DNA from: an uncultured Hormoscilla sp.
Lineage (GTDB): Bacteria; Cyanobacteriota; Cyanobacteriia; Cyanobacteriales; Desertifilaceae
Reading direction: 5' to 3'
Assembly (NCBI GenBank): GCA_963921275.4
Contig: OZ001293.3
Location: 3,232,001 to 3,296,000, forward strand
Length of the DNA: 64,000 bases
Every line of letters begins with the position of its first letter. The stretch's first letter is position 1. Below the pieces are notes generated by a model, which was not told the origin of the DNA, ran no database searches, and saw only the letters and a program-made list of their open reading frames with translations. A program made the translations under genes and the position numbers. Below, one piece after another: positions 23,591 through 37,496 of this stretch.

Positions 23591-23686
23591 GTGGAACTAG
23601 TATTCTTCAATGGCGCCTGTTTTACTAAACACCGGTCAGATCTGGTTCATAACAATTAATAATTAATCATGAACCATGACCAATGA

Positions 23687-26275
23687 CTAACTTCTGAGGC
23701 TGACGCGGAATTTGGACAGTAGGGCATCTCGGACTTTTTGATGAACCAGTTCAACCTCAGACTCGGTGAGGGTCCGATCGTTTGCCCGATAGATCAACCG
23801 AAACGCCAAACTCCGCTGTCCCGCTGGCACATTGTCACCGCGATATTCATCAAACAACTCCAGTTCGGCCAGTAAACTGCCACCAGCTTTACCTATCTCC
23901 CTGGAGATATCCGCCACCGATACCTCTAGTGGGGCGAACAAAGCAAGATCGCGATCGCTCGCTGGGTAGGTAGAATAGCTGGAAAACTCAGGTGTGATGT
24001 GAGAATCTTGAGACAGGTAATCTACCATGAGATCGAAATCCAGCTCAAAGCCGTAGACTGCATCGGGTAACTCCAGTTGTTGGCGCAGTTGGGGATGCAG
24101 TTGGCCAAACACACCCAGACGTTCTCCTTGTAACCATAAGGAAGCAGTACGTCCCGGGTGCAGGCGCTCGTCGGACCAGTCCGGTTGATACTCTACTGGA
24201 CAACCCAACCTTTCAAATACAGTTTCCAAGACCCCCTTGGCCTCGTACCAAGTCATCGGTTGTTCCCGTCCGCCCCTGGGCCACTTGCCAACAGTCCGAT
24301 CGCCCCCCATAATACCCGCGATCGACTCAGCTTCCATTAACCCATCTTCCGATCGCCAGAATATCCGACCAATTTCAAAGCCATTGAGCAGGCCATTTCC
24401 CTGTTCCAGGTTATACTGGCAGCTTTTAATCAGACCTGACAGCAGTTCTGTCCGCAGGCTGGAGTATTCTGTAAATAGGGGATTGGCAATATTTACCTGG
24501 CGATCGTCCTCCGACGGATTCACCGAGTAAGAGTAATGCATTAACTCTGTCAGACCAGCAGCCCGAAAAGCGGCACGAGACCGCCTGATGACCATTTCTT
24601 CAATAGGAAGAAAACCCAGTTCCGCCTGAGTCGGCAAAGTAGAACAGAAGTTATCGTAGCCGTAGACCCGAGCTATTTCCTCAATCAAATCAATTTCCCG
24701 TTCCAAGTCCCGATAACGATGGGGTGGCACCGTCACCGTCCAGACTCCCTCCGTGTTTGGAGTCAGCTGACATCCCAGCACCTGCAGGATCCGCTCGATT
24801 TCCCCTGGCGGAATTTCCCCGATTGTTTCTTCGATGCCCGAGGGGTTATCGCCATGCGTCCCGATTTTTCCGGAACGGTGGGCATCGAAATCGAGTTCTA
24901 CATCTCCTAAAACCTGGTATACTCTCGACTGGCGCAACTCAATTTTCCGAGACCAGGCTGATTTTTCCGGGCGGCTGTCAGCCATTGCTTGGGCTACCGA
25001 TTTTGCCGATGCCAACTCCGTCAACAACTGCACCGCACGACTGCAAGCTACTTCCAACTCCGCCTGGTTCACTCCTCGCTCATATCGGGCCGATGCTTCC
25101 GTCCGTAACCCTTGAGTCCGGGCCGAGCGACGGATCGCCGCTGGGTCAAACAGCGCTGCTTCTAATACTATCGATGTAGTTTCGGAATCGACCTCTGTTT
25201 GAGAACCCCCCATTATCCCAGCTAGGGCAACTGGCTTGTCATTAGCAGTAATCAGTAGATTTTGTGTTTGCAGGGTCCGCTTTTCGGAATCTAAGGTTTG
25301 CAGTGCTTCCCCCTTCATAGCATAACGAACCCCAATTGTCAAGTAATCTCCCCTCGCTGCCTTCGGGGTTTTTGCAACGCATCCCGAAGGCAGCGAAGCT
25401 ACTGCTTGCAGGCGGTCGAGATCGAAGGCATGGAGAGGCTGACCCCATTCCAACATAATGTAATTGGTGACATCCACCACATTGTTAATCGGTCGCACCC
25501 CGGCGTTCAGCAGGCGCTGCTGCAACCACCTAGGCGCAGGGCCAATTTTAATCCCGGAGAGCGCCGTTCCTATGTAGGCCAGGCATGGGTGGGTTTGGGA
25601 TATTTCGATCTGTAAACTAGATATCTCCTCTGGGATAGAAATATCTGCAGTCGTGTCGTAAGGGCGGTACGAGTAGTGCGCCCCTTTAGACCTTGAAGCC
25701 GGTAACTTCAAGGTGCCTCCGGTCAGGGCGGCTACTTCCCGGGCCACGCCTACCATACTCAAGGCATCAGCCCGGTTTGCGGTTGAAGTCAGGTCTAGAA
25801 CTACATCATCCAAGCCCAGCAGCGATCGCACATCACTACCCACCTGAAGATGAGGGCGATCGAAAATATGAATTCCGGCTGATTTCTTTTCCAACCCCAG
25901 TTCCGCCAAGGAGCAAATCATCCCCTCTGAAGCCACGCCACGCAGTTTAGCCCGTTTGATCTTCAAATCTATTTTCGGCAGATAGGTACCCACAGTGGCC
26001 ACTGGTACATAGATATCTGCCTTGGCATTAGCGGCTCCACAGACAATCGGCAACGGCTGGGCGGCCCCTATGTCCACCTGACAGATCTGTAGCTTGTCAG
26101 CATTGGGGTGTTGAATGGCGTCAATTATCTTTCCCACCACCACCCCATCCGCCCAACTGCGGCGATCTTCGATCTCTTCGACCTCAAATCCTGCCATTGT
26201 CAAGGTTTCGGCTAACGATTCTGGCTCACGCGTCAGTTCTACCAGTTCTCCCAGCCAGTTCAGTGATATCCGCAT
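23687..26275 (-). CDS. pheT: Phenylalanine--tRNA ligase beta subunit with three in-frame repeat insertions
   Basis: [44 protein letters not shown]. Confidence 0.96.
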   Translation of the reverse strand: MRISLNWLGELVELTREPESLAETLTMAGFEVEEIEDRRSWADGVVVGKIIDAIQHPNADKLQICQVDIGAAQPLPIVCGAANAKADIYVPVATVGTYLPKIDLKIKRAKLRGVASEGMICSLAELGLEKKSAGIHIFDRPHLQVGSDVRSLLGLDDVVLDLTSTANRADALSMVGVAREVAALTGGTLKLPASRSKGAHYSYRPYDTTADISIPEEISSLQIEISQTHPCLAYIGTALSGIKIGPAPRWLQQRLLNAGVRPINNVVDVTNYIMLEWGQPLHAFDLDRLQAVASLPSGCVAKTPKAARGDYLTIGVRYAMKGEALQTLDSEKRTLQTQNLLITANDKPVALAGIMGGSQTEVDSETTSIVLEAALFDPAAIRRSARTQGLRTEASARYERGVNQAELEVACSRAVQLLTELASAKSVAQAMADSRPEKSAWSRKIELRQSRVYQVLGDVELDFDAHRSGKIGTHGDNPSGIEETIGEIPPGEIERILQVLGCQLTPNTEGVWTVTVPPHRYRDLEREIDLIEEIARVYGYDNFCSTLPTQAELGFLPIEEMVIRRSRAAFRAAGLTELMHYSYSVNPSEDDRQVNIANPLFTEYSSLRTELLSGLIKSCQYNLEQGNGLLNGFEIGRIFWRSEDGLMEAESIAGIMGGDRTVGKWPRGGREQPMTWYEAKGVLETVFERLGCPVEYQPDWSDERLHPGRTASLWLQGERLGVFGQLHPQLRQQLELPDAVYGFELDFDLMVDYLSQDSHITPEFSSYSTYPASDRDLALFAPLEVSVADISREIGKAGGSLLAELELFDEYRGDNVPAGQRSLAFRLIYRANDRTLTESEVELVHQKVRDALLSKFRVSLRS

Positions 26276-26668
26276 GTTTTTGATTCTGTCAGTTGTCAGT
26301 TGTCAGTATTTTAATGGGCGTTGCGCAAGGTCAGGATGATTTCATACCATACTGTCGCCGCCGGAGCGCAGTCACTAGCATAAGTTTCTGATAATAAATT
26401 TCTATATCGAGCGCAATATATTATCTAGCGCTACGTGCGTATAAGCAATGAAAGAATTTTGAAGAAAGAATTTTGAAGTATGTTTCACACCGTTCATACC
26501 CTGTGCTATCATATGTTTAATAGTTAGTAGGGTAGTGGTCAAGATGTAGTGATTTGACTACGGGGAGCTGCTTCGCGAACGGGACAGACCTGAAAATGAC
26601 ATTCCCAGGCAGATCCTGGGAACGAGGCTATAGCAATCCTATTTGATTTGTGAACTAAAAGATGCCCA

Positions 26669-26700
26669 GAAACCCGGTTTCTTTAAGAAACCGGGTTTCT
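26669..26700. repeat. AGAAACCCGGTTTCT-type REP palindrome downstream of psaD
   Basis: AGAAACCCGGTTTCTTTAAGAAACCGGGTTTCT. Confidence 0.65.
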
Positions 26701-26769
26701 CAATTTTCACAACGGTAAATTGCTGACAATGAACAATTTCCTTTTAGCTATTAGCGTGATAGGACTATT

Positions 26770-27198
26770 CTAGACATCATAAGGCTGCTTGCCGCTGAAC
26801 TTGAGGGTGGCGGGTTCTGGGTTGCTGCCGATATTCCGATCGATCTTGCCGTTATATTCACGCCCTTTGTTCACCTTTTCGGGGAAGACGCCGTCTGCTG
26901 GATGCAGGAATTGGGTTTCACCGTTGGGAAAAACGCGGTAAATCTTGTAGTCGTTGATCTTGAATTTGGGGCGCAGCTGCCGGTAGGCGAGGGCGAGGCA
27001 TTGTTCCTTGCGGGCCAGATACAGCAGATTGTCCCCTTCCCGCATGATCGCAGCGCCACCTGTGGGCATCTCGAATACTTGCTCTTTGGAGCTGTTCCAG
27101 GTGATGGCGTACTTTTCTTCAACAAGAGCGCAGGTTAGCAAGCCGCCGGTGCTGCCGCCGAAGATGGGGGGTTGTCCAGTCAGTGTCTCACTCATCAA
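26770..27198 (-). CDS. psaD: Photosystem I subunit II
   Basis: [39 protein letters not shown]. Confidence 0.97.
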   Translation of the reverse strand: MMSETLTGQPPIFGGSTGGLLTCALVEEKYAITWNSSKEQVFEMPTGGAAIMREGDNLLYLARKEQCLALAYRQLRPKFKINDYKIYRVFPNGETQFLHPADGVFPEKVNKGREYNGKIDRNIGSNPEPATLKFSGKQPYDV

Positions 27199-27274
27199 TC
27201 TTTAAATGTAAGGGTTTTAGGCATAATATCATTGCGATGACCTTTGGCTAAAGTTTTTGTAACAGTTCTTTAAA

Positions 27275-29389
27275 TTAACGCGCTTGTGTCCGCCGCCCAG
27301 AACTGCTTCGATGTACTCTGCGCGCGCTACTCGCACTGCGCGATCGCACATTAATCGCACATCGAGTCTTGCTTTGACGAGGCTTATTACTCTTTTGGGT
27401 CGGAGTGTTGGACTTGCGATCGGCAGAGGTTTCGGCGATGGGAAGGGTGAAATGGAACTGACTGCCTTGGTCTTTGCCAGCCGATCGGGCCCAAAGAAGC
27501 CCTCCCCAATTCTGGACTACCTGACGGCAAATGGCTAATCCTAAACCGGTGCCGCCGGTGGTGCGCCGCAATGCGCCTTCTTCCTGATAGAAGCGATCAA
27601 AGACGGCCTCCAAGCGATCGCTTTCAATGCCGCGTCCAGTATCGCAGACGCAGACTTCCACCATCCGGTCGGCATTGCTATGGGCGGCAATGGTGACTTG
27701 GCCGTCTGGCTGGGTGAACTTAAAAGCATTGTCGATCAGTTTACAGAGCACTTGTACTAACCATTCACCATCGACCTGTACTAGTGGCAGTTCTGCTGGC
27801 AGTTTGATGGTAGTCTGGGGCAGCTGTTTGCTCATCTGACGGCTGCGGGCGTTGCTGATGGCTAAGTCGATGCATTCTTGTAGGGGTAGGGGTTCTGGGT
27901 TCCATTCGACGCTACCACTTTCTAAACGGGAAAGGGTGAGGAAGTCGCCGATCGCTTCCCGCAGCCGTTCGGCGTCGCCTAGTGCAGTGTTGAGCATGAC
28001 TTGCCGCAGGTCTAGTGGCATGTCGGGTTCGTTGGCCAGACTTTCTAGGCAAACTTGAATTGTGGATAGGGGGGTACGCAGTTCGTGACCTGTGATGGCG
28101 ATCAGGTTGCGCGTGGTGCGATCAAGGGCTTCTAGTTGCTGATTGAGATCTTCCAGGTTGGCGTAGGCTTCCGCTTGCATCAGGGCGACTCCTACTTGGG
28201 TGGCGATCGCTGTTACTAATTCTAGTTCATCTTTTTCCCAAGAGTGTGAGTCTCGGTGGTGTAACTCGATCATGCCCAGCAGCTGATCTTTATATAGTAC
28301 GGGTACGAGGAGCCAGGACTGAATTTTCCACTTAAGCGTAGCAGATGCTATTTGTTTATTGTTCGCCAGGCGGGGGTCGGTCAAACTATCTTCTACATAT
28401 ACTGGTTCAAGCTGCTGTAGCACTTCCTGAAATAGGAGAGAAGCTTGCAACTGCCAACTTTGTCCTACTAGGGAGGGAAAGTCGTCAACTCGATATTCAT
28501 AGAAGATGGTGGCGACTTCGTCTGATGCTTTACAGCGGTAAATCAGACAGCGGCTGGTTTTAAGTGCTGTCCCTAGTTCGCTGACGGCGACTTGCAAGAT
28601 TTCTTCAGGATTGAGCGATCGCCTAATAGCATCTGTAATTGAGTTGACTAGACGTTCTTTCTGTTCCTGGGCGGCTATAGCATTATAAGCTTGAAGTAAT
28701 TTGTACTGACCCGCTTGCAGGTAAGTCATCAGACGTTCAGCAAAGGGTGCTGGATCGATGTTCACAAATCGGTCTGTCACCCCTGGATTTTCGAGCATAC
28801 TTCGCGCCCTGGATATTTTAGCAGCTAATTCTGGTCGGTATGTCAAGATCCGATCGAGTAATAACCCTGCTGCTGTGCAACTGACTGCACGGTTAAAGGT
28901 CCATATGCCTTCAAAGCGGCGGTATTGGTCGTGGATGTTGTAGGGGCAGTGCGAGTGGTGCGATCGGAGTACATCGTCATTTAGTAAGGAGACCTTCTCT
29001 GGGACAGAAATATCTCGTTCGCGGCAGAGTATACAACTAGCATATTGCCGTTCGACAATTACCAGATGCCACTCTGACGACAGCTCATCTTTGGGAGCAA
29101 AAGCTACTGTTTCGTAGGTCCCGGATGCGTTCTTAAATTCTGTTTCGGCTGCTGCTAGCACGTATACCTGTGGTGTTATCTTCCCAATGCGTCCATAGCG
29201 GTGGGCTTCCTGACGATAATACTGTGCTTGTTGGAAGTTGGCAATTACCAATGGCTGGTCTGACCCTGCTAGCACTTGGTCTTCCATTGCATGCGAGAGT
29301 GCTATTAAGGAGGGCTTAAAGTAATTTTGGGGTCGCAGCTGGGGTTGGGCTTGCAACAATTCGTCCAATACGGAAGTAGAAATACTCAT
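27275..29389 (-). CDS. DICT-GAF sensor histidine kinase
   Basis: ALSHAMED (DICT), GAF, HELRTPL, NAFKF, DTGRGI, GGTGLGL. Confidence 0.9.
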   Translation of the reverse strand: MSISTSVLDELLQAQPQLRPQNYFKPSLIALSHAMEDQVLAGSDQPLVIANFQQAQYYRQEAHRYGRIGKITPQVYVLAAAETEFKNASGTYETVAFAPKDELSSEWHLVIVERQYASCILCRERDISVPEKVSLLNDDVLRSHHSHCPYNIHDQYRRFEGIWTFNRAVSCTAAGLLLDRILTYRPELAAKISRARSMLENPGVTDRFVNIDPAPFAERLMTYLQAGQYKLLQAYNAIAAQEQKERLVNSITDAIRRSLNPEEILQVAVSELGTALKTSRCLIYRCKASDEVATIFYEYRVDDFPSLVGQSWQLQASLLFQEVLQQLEPVYVEDSLTDPRLANNKQIASATLKWKIQSWLLVPVLYKDQLLGMIELHHRDSHSWEKDELELVTAIATQVGVALMQAEAYANLEDLNQQLEALDRTTRNLIAITGHELRTPLSTIQVCLESLANEPDMPLDLRQVMLNTALGDAERLREAIGDFLTLSRLESGSVEWNPEPLPLQECIDLAISNARSRQMSKQLPQTTIKLPAELPLVQVDGEWLVQVLCKLIDNAFKFTQPDGQVTIAAHSNADRMVEVCVCDTGRGIESDRLEAVFDRFYQEEGALRRTTGGTGLGLAICRQVVQNWGGLLWARSAGKDQGSQFHFTLPIAETSADRKSNTPTQKSNKPRQSKTRCAINVRSRSASSARRVHRSSSGRRTQAR

Positions 29390-29487
29390 TAATTCTTGTT
29401 TTCGTCCAGTCTGGACTTGTTCATATATGATTATTGTATTCTATCGGAAACCTCTACCCCCTTCCTCAAGGTAGTGTTACCCTAGAA

Positions 29488-29552
29488 AGCCCCACCCTAA
29501 AGCCCCACCCTAAAGGGTGGGGCTACATGAACGAAGCCCGCCTGCGCGGGCT
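29488..29552. repeat. REP-like element (AGCCCGC..GCGGGCT family); relatives at about 7741-7773 and 62341-62395
   Basis: GCCCCACCCTAAAGGGTGGGGC followed by AGCCCGCCTGCGCGGGCT. Confidence 0.65.
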
Positions 29553-30010
29553 ATTCTGGGATTCCTAGGATTTCGCTAGTTGTAAAGATTTGTGACATTT
29601 ATCCATTGGTTCGATCGGGCTTCCCTGTGATTCCCATGATTTCACTAATTGTAAAGATTTGTAACAATTACTGGTTCCCTGGGAATGCCTGAAAACGATC
29701 GCCCCTTGACGGAAAAGTGGCGATCGCCTATTATGAAAGATAGTACCTGTTAGATTGGTTATGGCATCAAAGACTTGGCATCAGTTAATCAAACAAGCCC
29801 AGACGCTGACCTATGACGAACAGCAGCGTCTAGCGGCACATTTGGATAAGATGATTCACCAGCAAGATCCATTTTGCAAGGGTCCGAATGAACAATCCAG
29901 TCAAGCTGCTGACTAGATTATAATCTTTTGGGAATCTCCTGCGGACAGTAGTAACTTAAATTGATTAGATATGTTGCCATCATAGGAAGTCTTACAGAAC
30001 GTTCCTAAAA

Positions 30011-30320
30011 ATGCCAACAACTCTGAAAATTGAAGCACAATTGTCCCGAATTACTAAAAGCCGTCAGACAGTTTACCTTGTCCGAATTAGAACAGTTTGT
30101 TCGCCAAGTTATTGCTTTACAGGCTCAACGCAAAGCGCCCAGTTTCTCCTCTGAGGAGACGAAATTGTTGCTAAAAATCAATCAGGGCATTCCACCGATA
30201 TTCAAGAACGCTATAATGCATTAATTACCAAGCGGCGAAACTTAACTCTGACACCAGATGAACACGCAGAGTTGTTATGCCTGAGTGACCAAGTTGAGGC
30301 GCTAGCAGCTCAGCGAGAAG
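30011..30320 (+). pseudogene. Frameshifted small hypothetical protein
   Basis: ELLKAV..ELEQFVRQV..LLLKINQGIP and LTLTPDEHAELL in different frames. Confidence 0.5.
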
Positions 30321-30340
30321 TTGACATTAAAGTCTCAAAA

Positions 30341-32138
<1,798 letters not shown>

Positions 32139-32342
32139 CCCCAACCCAATGGGGATAACCGCTTCAAAACCACTACCGGTCCTGGGCCTAGGCCCAGAAC
32201 CGGTAGTCTGGCGGTGCGGTACTTCCCAGAGTCGGATTTTCGGGGTGCATCTATGGGACGTCAAGGACAAGATCGAGTCAATTTTGCAGGAGTTGGGGTC
32301 AACCATTGTATCTTATCCTTGACACCCATCGATCCGGACCTT

Positions 32343-32445
32343 CGATGTGCGACGGGCGCACTACTCGTACTGCCCGGCTGTATCACTTGACAAGCATGAG
32401 ATCATATCGTCTGCATGCTTGTCAAGTGATGCAGTTCGCACATTG
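32343..32445. repeat. Composite hairpin element (TCACTTGACAAGCATG..CATGCTTGTCAAGTGA); second copy at about 50833-50926
   Basis: Long perfect arms and a flanking CTACTCGTACTGCCC motif in both copies. Confidence 0.75.
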
Positions 32446-34737
32446 ATGCCAAATCTTGATCGTCATATCCTGGGCACCACTCACCAAGGTTTGACCATCG
32501 GAACTAAAAGCAATTGTTCTGACTCCCCCTGTATGTCCTGATAATGTCTCTACTATTTTCCCTGTCTCTAAATTCCAAATCTTGATCTTCTCGTCGCTAC
32601 TGCCACTCGCTAAGAGTTTACCATCCGGACTAATGGCGATCGCATATACTTTCCCTGCATGTCCGCTGAGAGTCTGGACTAATCCACTGGTAGCGGGATT
32701 CCAGATTTTAATGGTATTATCGCTACAACCGCCTACTAGCATTTGCCCGTCCGCAGTGATGGCAACGGCGTAAACCGTGACTGCTGGTTCCAAATTACAC
32801 AGGGGTTTATCGCTGTTGACATGCCACAGCTGGAGAATGCCCTTTTCCTTCTCGGGATTTCCTCCCCCAACCGCTAGCATCTGTCCGTCGGCACTGAAGG
32901 CCAGGGCATAAATCTCCTGTTCCACACAGTAGCTGGTACGTATTAATTCTCCGGTGGCAAAATTCCACAGCTGTACTGAACCATTTAGAGCTACTGGATC
33001 TGCACCCCCACTGGCCATCTTCTGGCCATCGGGACCGATCGCTACTACCGTTGTCCAATCTCCCGTTTCTAAGGTCCCAACCCTTTCTCCTGTTTCTAAA
33101 TTCCAAATCTCTATCTCTCCTGTGGCACCCACTACTGTCTGGCCATCCGGACTGAGGGCGATCGCGCTTACGGATATTTCTGCTGCATCTAGCTTCAGGG
33201 TTTGCTGCAATTGTCCCGTACTGACATCCCAAACCCCGATCGCCTCATAATCACCGCTAACAATTGTCTGGCCATCCGGACTGAGGGCGATACTCCTGAC
33301 TACACTTGCGCTTCCCGTCAGAGTACGGATGCATTTCCACTCCCTATTTTCATCTGAAGATATTGGAGTTGCGAGTGCGACTGCTGGCCCTTCCTCTTCT
33401 CTAATCTCTTCATCATCAAAGAAATCATCATCATCTTCCAATTCTATTTCTGGGGTTGACTTGCTTGGTTTTCTCCTGTCAATCCCCTGGAGCCTATTTT
33501 CCAGCCATTTTTCCGCCTTATTATATAAGCTGCTACTCTCAGGCGTTTTGCTTGCAGGAGTCTTTGCTAGTAAACTTGACAGAGATAACTGCAAGGCATC
33601 ATACTGATTTTTCAAATTCTCCATCTGCGATCGCAGCCATTCCGACTCTTTTGCCCTTTCACTCTCCCCTCGCCCACGGGATTCCCAGGCAGCATACTGA
33701 TTTTTCAACTGGGATATTTCTGCTATGATTGGCTCCAGATTATGGATTTCCCTCGCCTCGCGCTGTTTTAAATCTCGATCAATTTTGTTGACTTTTTTAC
33801 CAAGTTCTGCGATCGCACTCTCAAACCTTTCTGGGGTAACAGCTGATGAGGGGAGGGGCAAATTCTCTAGATGCTGAGTAATATTGACAATGTTCTTCAG
33901 CAGACTGGCCGATTCTACTGACAGCTGGGCGATATTCTCTCCCATCTCATCCAGTTGGCTAGATGTTGTCTGTAAACTCTCGATCTGAAAGTCAGCGAAA
34001 CGAGTTTGCATCTCTTTCTGGAGGGCGGTAATTCTTTCTACAAGCTGACTGAGATCGCTTTCTGTAGAATTGCTGCTGGAACTGGTTACATTCTCTAGCT
34101 GATGCTTGACAGTCTCCAGGGATGACTGTAACCGATTGTATTGCGATCGCAGCTGTTCGTAATCCTTGCGCATCGCCTCCAGATGCATCGATTCTGCGGT
34201 AATCATTTCTGTAATTATCCGGGTTAACCTACTTTCGGCAGAGTCGATCTTTTCAGTTACGGGCAAATTCTCCAGGCGTTGGAGGATATTAGCGAGAGAT
34301 TCCAGCAAGTAGCTAGATTGGTTGCGCAGTTGTCCGATATCTTCTTGAATCTGATTAATATCAATCGCCTCTAACCCATCCATGCGATCTTGCAATCTTT
34401 TTTGGCTAGTGGTGATTTCAGCTGACAGTTCTTCGATCGATTCTTCTATTCTATTAAAAGCTAAATCAGCGGCCATTGCTAAAATTGAGGAGCGGAGAGC
34501 CTCAATATCTTCTGATAGTTGCTGAGTTACCAGAGAAGTTTCAGCTGTATGGCTTTGGTCGTATTGCTGCTCTAACTTTTGCCGATTTAACAGATTCAGC
34601 AATAGTGCGAGAGACACCGGTGCTGCTACATAGGCGACATGTTCTAATATTACAGCTAAACCTGCACCTACAGCTGAGCCAATAATCGATATATATTCAG
34701 CAACTTCTAGCCACTTGCGGTTATTTTCCATTGTCAT
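32422..34737 (-). CDS. Coiled-coil plus WD40-repeat protein
   Basis: N-terminal TM pair, heptad-rich middle, repeated SPDGQ..GH..IKIW units. Confidence 0.88.
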   Translation of the reverse strand: MTMENNRKWLEVAEYISIIGSAVGAGLAVILEHVAYVAAPVSLALLLNLLNRQKLEQQYDQSHTAETSLVTQQLSEDIEALRSSILAMAADLAFNRIEESIEELSAEITTSQKRLQDRMDGLEAIDINQIQEDIGQLRNQSSYLLESLANILQRLENLPVTEKIDSAESRLTRIITEMITAESMHLEAMRKDYEQLRSQYNRLQSSLETVKHQLENVTSSSSNSTESDLSQLVERITALQKEMQTRFADFQIESLQTTSSQLDEMGENIAQLSVESASLLKNIVNITQHLENLPLPSSAVTPERFESAIAELGKKVNKIDRDLKQREAREIHNLEPIIAEISQLKNQYAAWESRGRGESERAKESEWLRSQMENLKNQYDALQLSLSSLLAKTPASKTPESSSLYNKAEKWLENRLQGIDRRKPSKSTPEIELEDDDDFFDDEEIREEEGPAVALATPISSDENREWKCIRTLTGSASVVRSIALSPDGQTIVSGDYEAIGVWDVSTGQLQQTLKLDAAEISVSAIALSPDGQTVVGATGEIEIWNLETGERVGTLETGDWTTVVAIGPDGQKMASGGADPVALNGSVQLWNFATGELIRTSYCVEQEIYALAFSADGQMLAVGGGNPEKEKGILQLWHVNSDKPLCNLEPAVTVYAVAITADGQMLVGGCSDNTIKIWNPATSGLVQTLSGHAGKVYAIAISPDGKLLASGSSDEKIKIWNLETGKIVETLSGHTGGVRTIAFSSDGQTLVSGAQDMTIKIWHQCANCIT

Positions 34738-34839
34738 TGTTATTTGTTAGTTGCGTAGGACGGGCGTCTCGCCTGTCCGATCGCGGCAGCGCCGCGCCAG
34801 CCGTAGGTTGCGTAAGACGGGCGTCTCGCCTGACCACTT

Positions 34840-36252
34840 TTACATTGCCAAAATCAGCCGTGCAATATTAAAATAAATTAGCACCCCCAACACATCAACG
34901 GCTGTCGTAATAAACGGTGCTGACATCAGCGCCGGATCTAACCTCAGGTAACGAAACAAAAAGGGCAGACTGGAACCGGCAACAGACGCCAGTAGGGAAA
35001 TTGCCATCAGAGAACTTCCTACCGCGAGGGCAACAGAGAGATTCCCATCCAGCCAATAGGCCCAGATTGTCACGAGTGTACCTAGTGTAGCGCCAAGTAA
35101 GGCTCCCGCGATCGCCTCTCGCCCAATCACCTGGACTACGCCCAGGGAGCGAATCTCATCGGTATTCAACCCGCGAATTACCACCGTCGAGGACTGAGCG
35201 CCCACATTTCCACCCGTGCCAGTCAGCAAGGGGATAAAGGCCGCCAACACTGCCAAGCGAGTCAGCAGATCCTCTTGGGACTTGATAATTGAGCCAGTCA
35301 CTGTATTGGTCAGCAGCAAAATCAACAGCCACATCACCCGTCGGCGGGCTACCGTGAGTAAATTTGTCTGAAAATAGTTATCACCGTCCGACTGCACCCC
35401 GCTGAGAGCATAAATATCTTCGGTAGCTTCCTGTTCGATAATGTCAATCACGTCATCGACGGTGATAATCCCTACCAGACGCTGTTCTCTGTCGGTGACT
35501 GGCACTGCCAGAAAATCATAGCGCTGAATCAGTCGCGCCACTTCTTCCTGGTCCGTGTCAGTATGGACAAATACCGGGTCGCGGGTCATGATCTCGCCAA
35601 TTCGACTCTCGGGCCCTGAAGTGACTAAATCCCGCAAAGACAGAGTCCCCGTCAGGCGTCGCGCCGTGTCGGTGATGTAGAGGTAATAGATGGTTTCGCT
35701 GACGTGGGATAAACTGCGAATGCGATCTAGGGTTTCGCTGACGGTAAAGTTTTCTTTGAGCGAGATATACTCTGGAGTCATAATCCGTCCAGCCGTATCC
35801 GATTCGTATCCCAACAGCAGGTTGGTCGCTTGGCGTTCTTGTGGACTCAGTTGGGCCAGTAAACGCTTAACGACTTTGGCGGGTAACTCGTCAAATAGCC
35901 GCGCCCGGTCATCTGGCGACATTTTCTCGACAATATCGATCACTTCCTGACGCTGAAATTTTTCCAGCAGGGTCTGCTGGACTGTCGAGTCGAGATTTTC
36001 ATATACTTCGATCGCCTCTGCTTTCGAGAGCAAGCGGAAGGCGATCGCTTGCTGGGTTTCGGGCAATCCTTCGATCATCTCGGCAATATCAGCCGGTTGC
36101 ACTGGTTTGAGGATCGCCTTAGCGCCCTGGAAGTCTGCGACTTCCAGCAGCGCTTGCAACTGCGATCGGACTAACTCGCACAGTTCGTGGCGCGAGATCG
36201 TCTGGAGGGAAGAAGTAGTGTTCTGTGTCAAGTTAAACCCTCCTAGTTCCAT
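34840..36252 (-). CDS. mgtE: Magnesium transporter
   Basis: CBS pair (TAGRIMT, GIITVDD), GGNVGAQ, DPALMSAPFITTAVD. Confidence 0.95.
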   Translation of the reverse strand: MELGGFNLTQNTTSSLQTISRHELCELVRSQLQALLEVADFQGAKAILKPVQPADIAEMIEGLPETQQAIAFRLLSKAEAIEVYENLDSTVQQTLLEKFQRQEVIDIVEKMSPDDRARLFDELPAKVVKRLLAQLSPQERQATNLLLGYESDTAGRIMTPEYISLKENFTVSETLDRIRSLSHVSETIYYLYITDTARRLTGTLSLRDLVTSGPESRIGEIMTRDPVFVHTDTDQEEVARLIQRYDFLAVPVTDREQRLVGIITVDDVIDIIEQEATEDIYALSGVQSDGDNYFQTNLLTVARRRVMWLLILLLTNTVTGSIIKSQEDLLTRLAVLAAFIPLLTGTGGNVGAQSSTVVIRGLNTDEIRSLGVVQVIGREAIAGALLGATLGTLVTIWAYWLDGNLSVALAVGSSLMAISLLASVAGSSLPFLFRYLRLDPALMSAPFITTAVDVLGVLIYFNIARLILAM

Positions 36253-36789
36253 CTATATTATCTGCTGCCCTTTAGTCTAAGATGTCGATCGCCGCTACGC
36301 AACGTTTGCAGTTAGACACACTTGACGGCTTATCCCGTTTGTAGTAAGCGCAAAGAGCGCTTATCTTTGGGTAACTTGCCTAGTTGCCGATCGCGTAGCG
36401 TGCGCGCAGCGCAATCATTATTTTTACCAAACTGTATCTAATCTAAAATTCCGGGTATTTTTCAAGAGCAAGTTTTTCTCTTCTTTGATTAAATCCCCAT
36501 TACATCTGACTGGCAGACGCTCCTGGTAAGCTTTCCTCGCTATCTTATAGTCTGAAGAGGTTAGGTAAATCTCGATCTGACGTAGCTTACTAATAACAAC
36601 TCCGATTATCGTAACTATCCCGGTTGCTTCTCTCACTTCTATCACCATTCCTTGAATCTCGATATCGATCGCCTTGGTGAGCAAATCACTTAAAATCTCT
36701 AGCTGCGGCTGCGCTAATTCGCTTTTCTACTTTTTCCAGGGTGGCGATCGCCTCTTGGATACGCGCTGCATAATCTGCCAAATCTAATT

Positions 36790-36970
36790 GCGGTGTCTGG
36801 AGCGTGCCGATGGCGCTACGCATGGCTGCTGCCACGCTGCGCGATGTGGGGCACTGTTTGCAGCCTGGTCCTTCAGGACAAGAGCCCGGTGTCTGGAGCG
36901 TACCGATCGCGTAGCGTGCGCGCAGCGCATGTCCTTCAGGACAAGAGTACGCTCCAGACACCGGAGCGGA
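36790..36970. repeat. Cluster of nested small dispersed repeats
   Basis: CGGTGTCTGGAGCGT x2 plus an inverted copy, GTCCTTCAGGACAAGAG x2, GATCGCGTAGCGTGCGCGCAGCGCA. Confidence 0.7.
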
Positions 36971-37496
36971 AGATGCCGGACGAGGCAGCAGAATTTCCCA
37001 CGAGTTTTCCGCTCCCGTGTCGATTCTCTAAATCGCTCCCTTATCATTATATAACCTAAGTTGCTACCTATAGAACCTCAACTCCTTGCAAAGCGCCAAA
37101 ATCAGCCAAAATCAGCCAAAATTACCTTGTGATTTACCCCAAAACAGCATTTTGGCGAATAAATTTACCAAAATGGCTGTCTGGGAGGTCGCAATTTTTA
37201 TAGGTAGCAACTTGAGTTATATACTCTGCCCTTTTCCTGCCAACCTTGTGCAAGCAAATGTGCAGCTATTTCCTGGAAGTCTATGGCCTTAAGAACTTCG
37301 CTATCTCTAACTATCACTTTCATGGGTTACCTCCTTGGCTAATGTACTCTATCATTTCATTAACTGATTCTACTGTAAACTGATTACTGCGGGGTAAAAC
37401 AACTGTCACAGTTTGTTTATTTTCCGTACCTGGTCGATCCCGTAGCGATATCCGGTGCTAAGACCAACTATAAGCCTGCTGTTGTCAAAGTTTCTT

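Noticed and set aside
36686..37059. Several overlapping ~90-aa ORFs
   Set aside because: Translations of a GC-rich repeat cluster; at most a decayed gene fragment.
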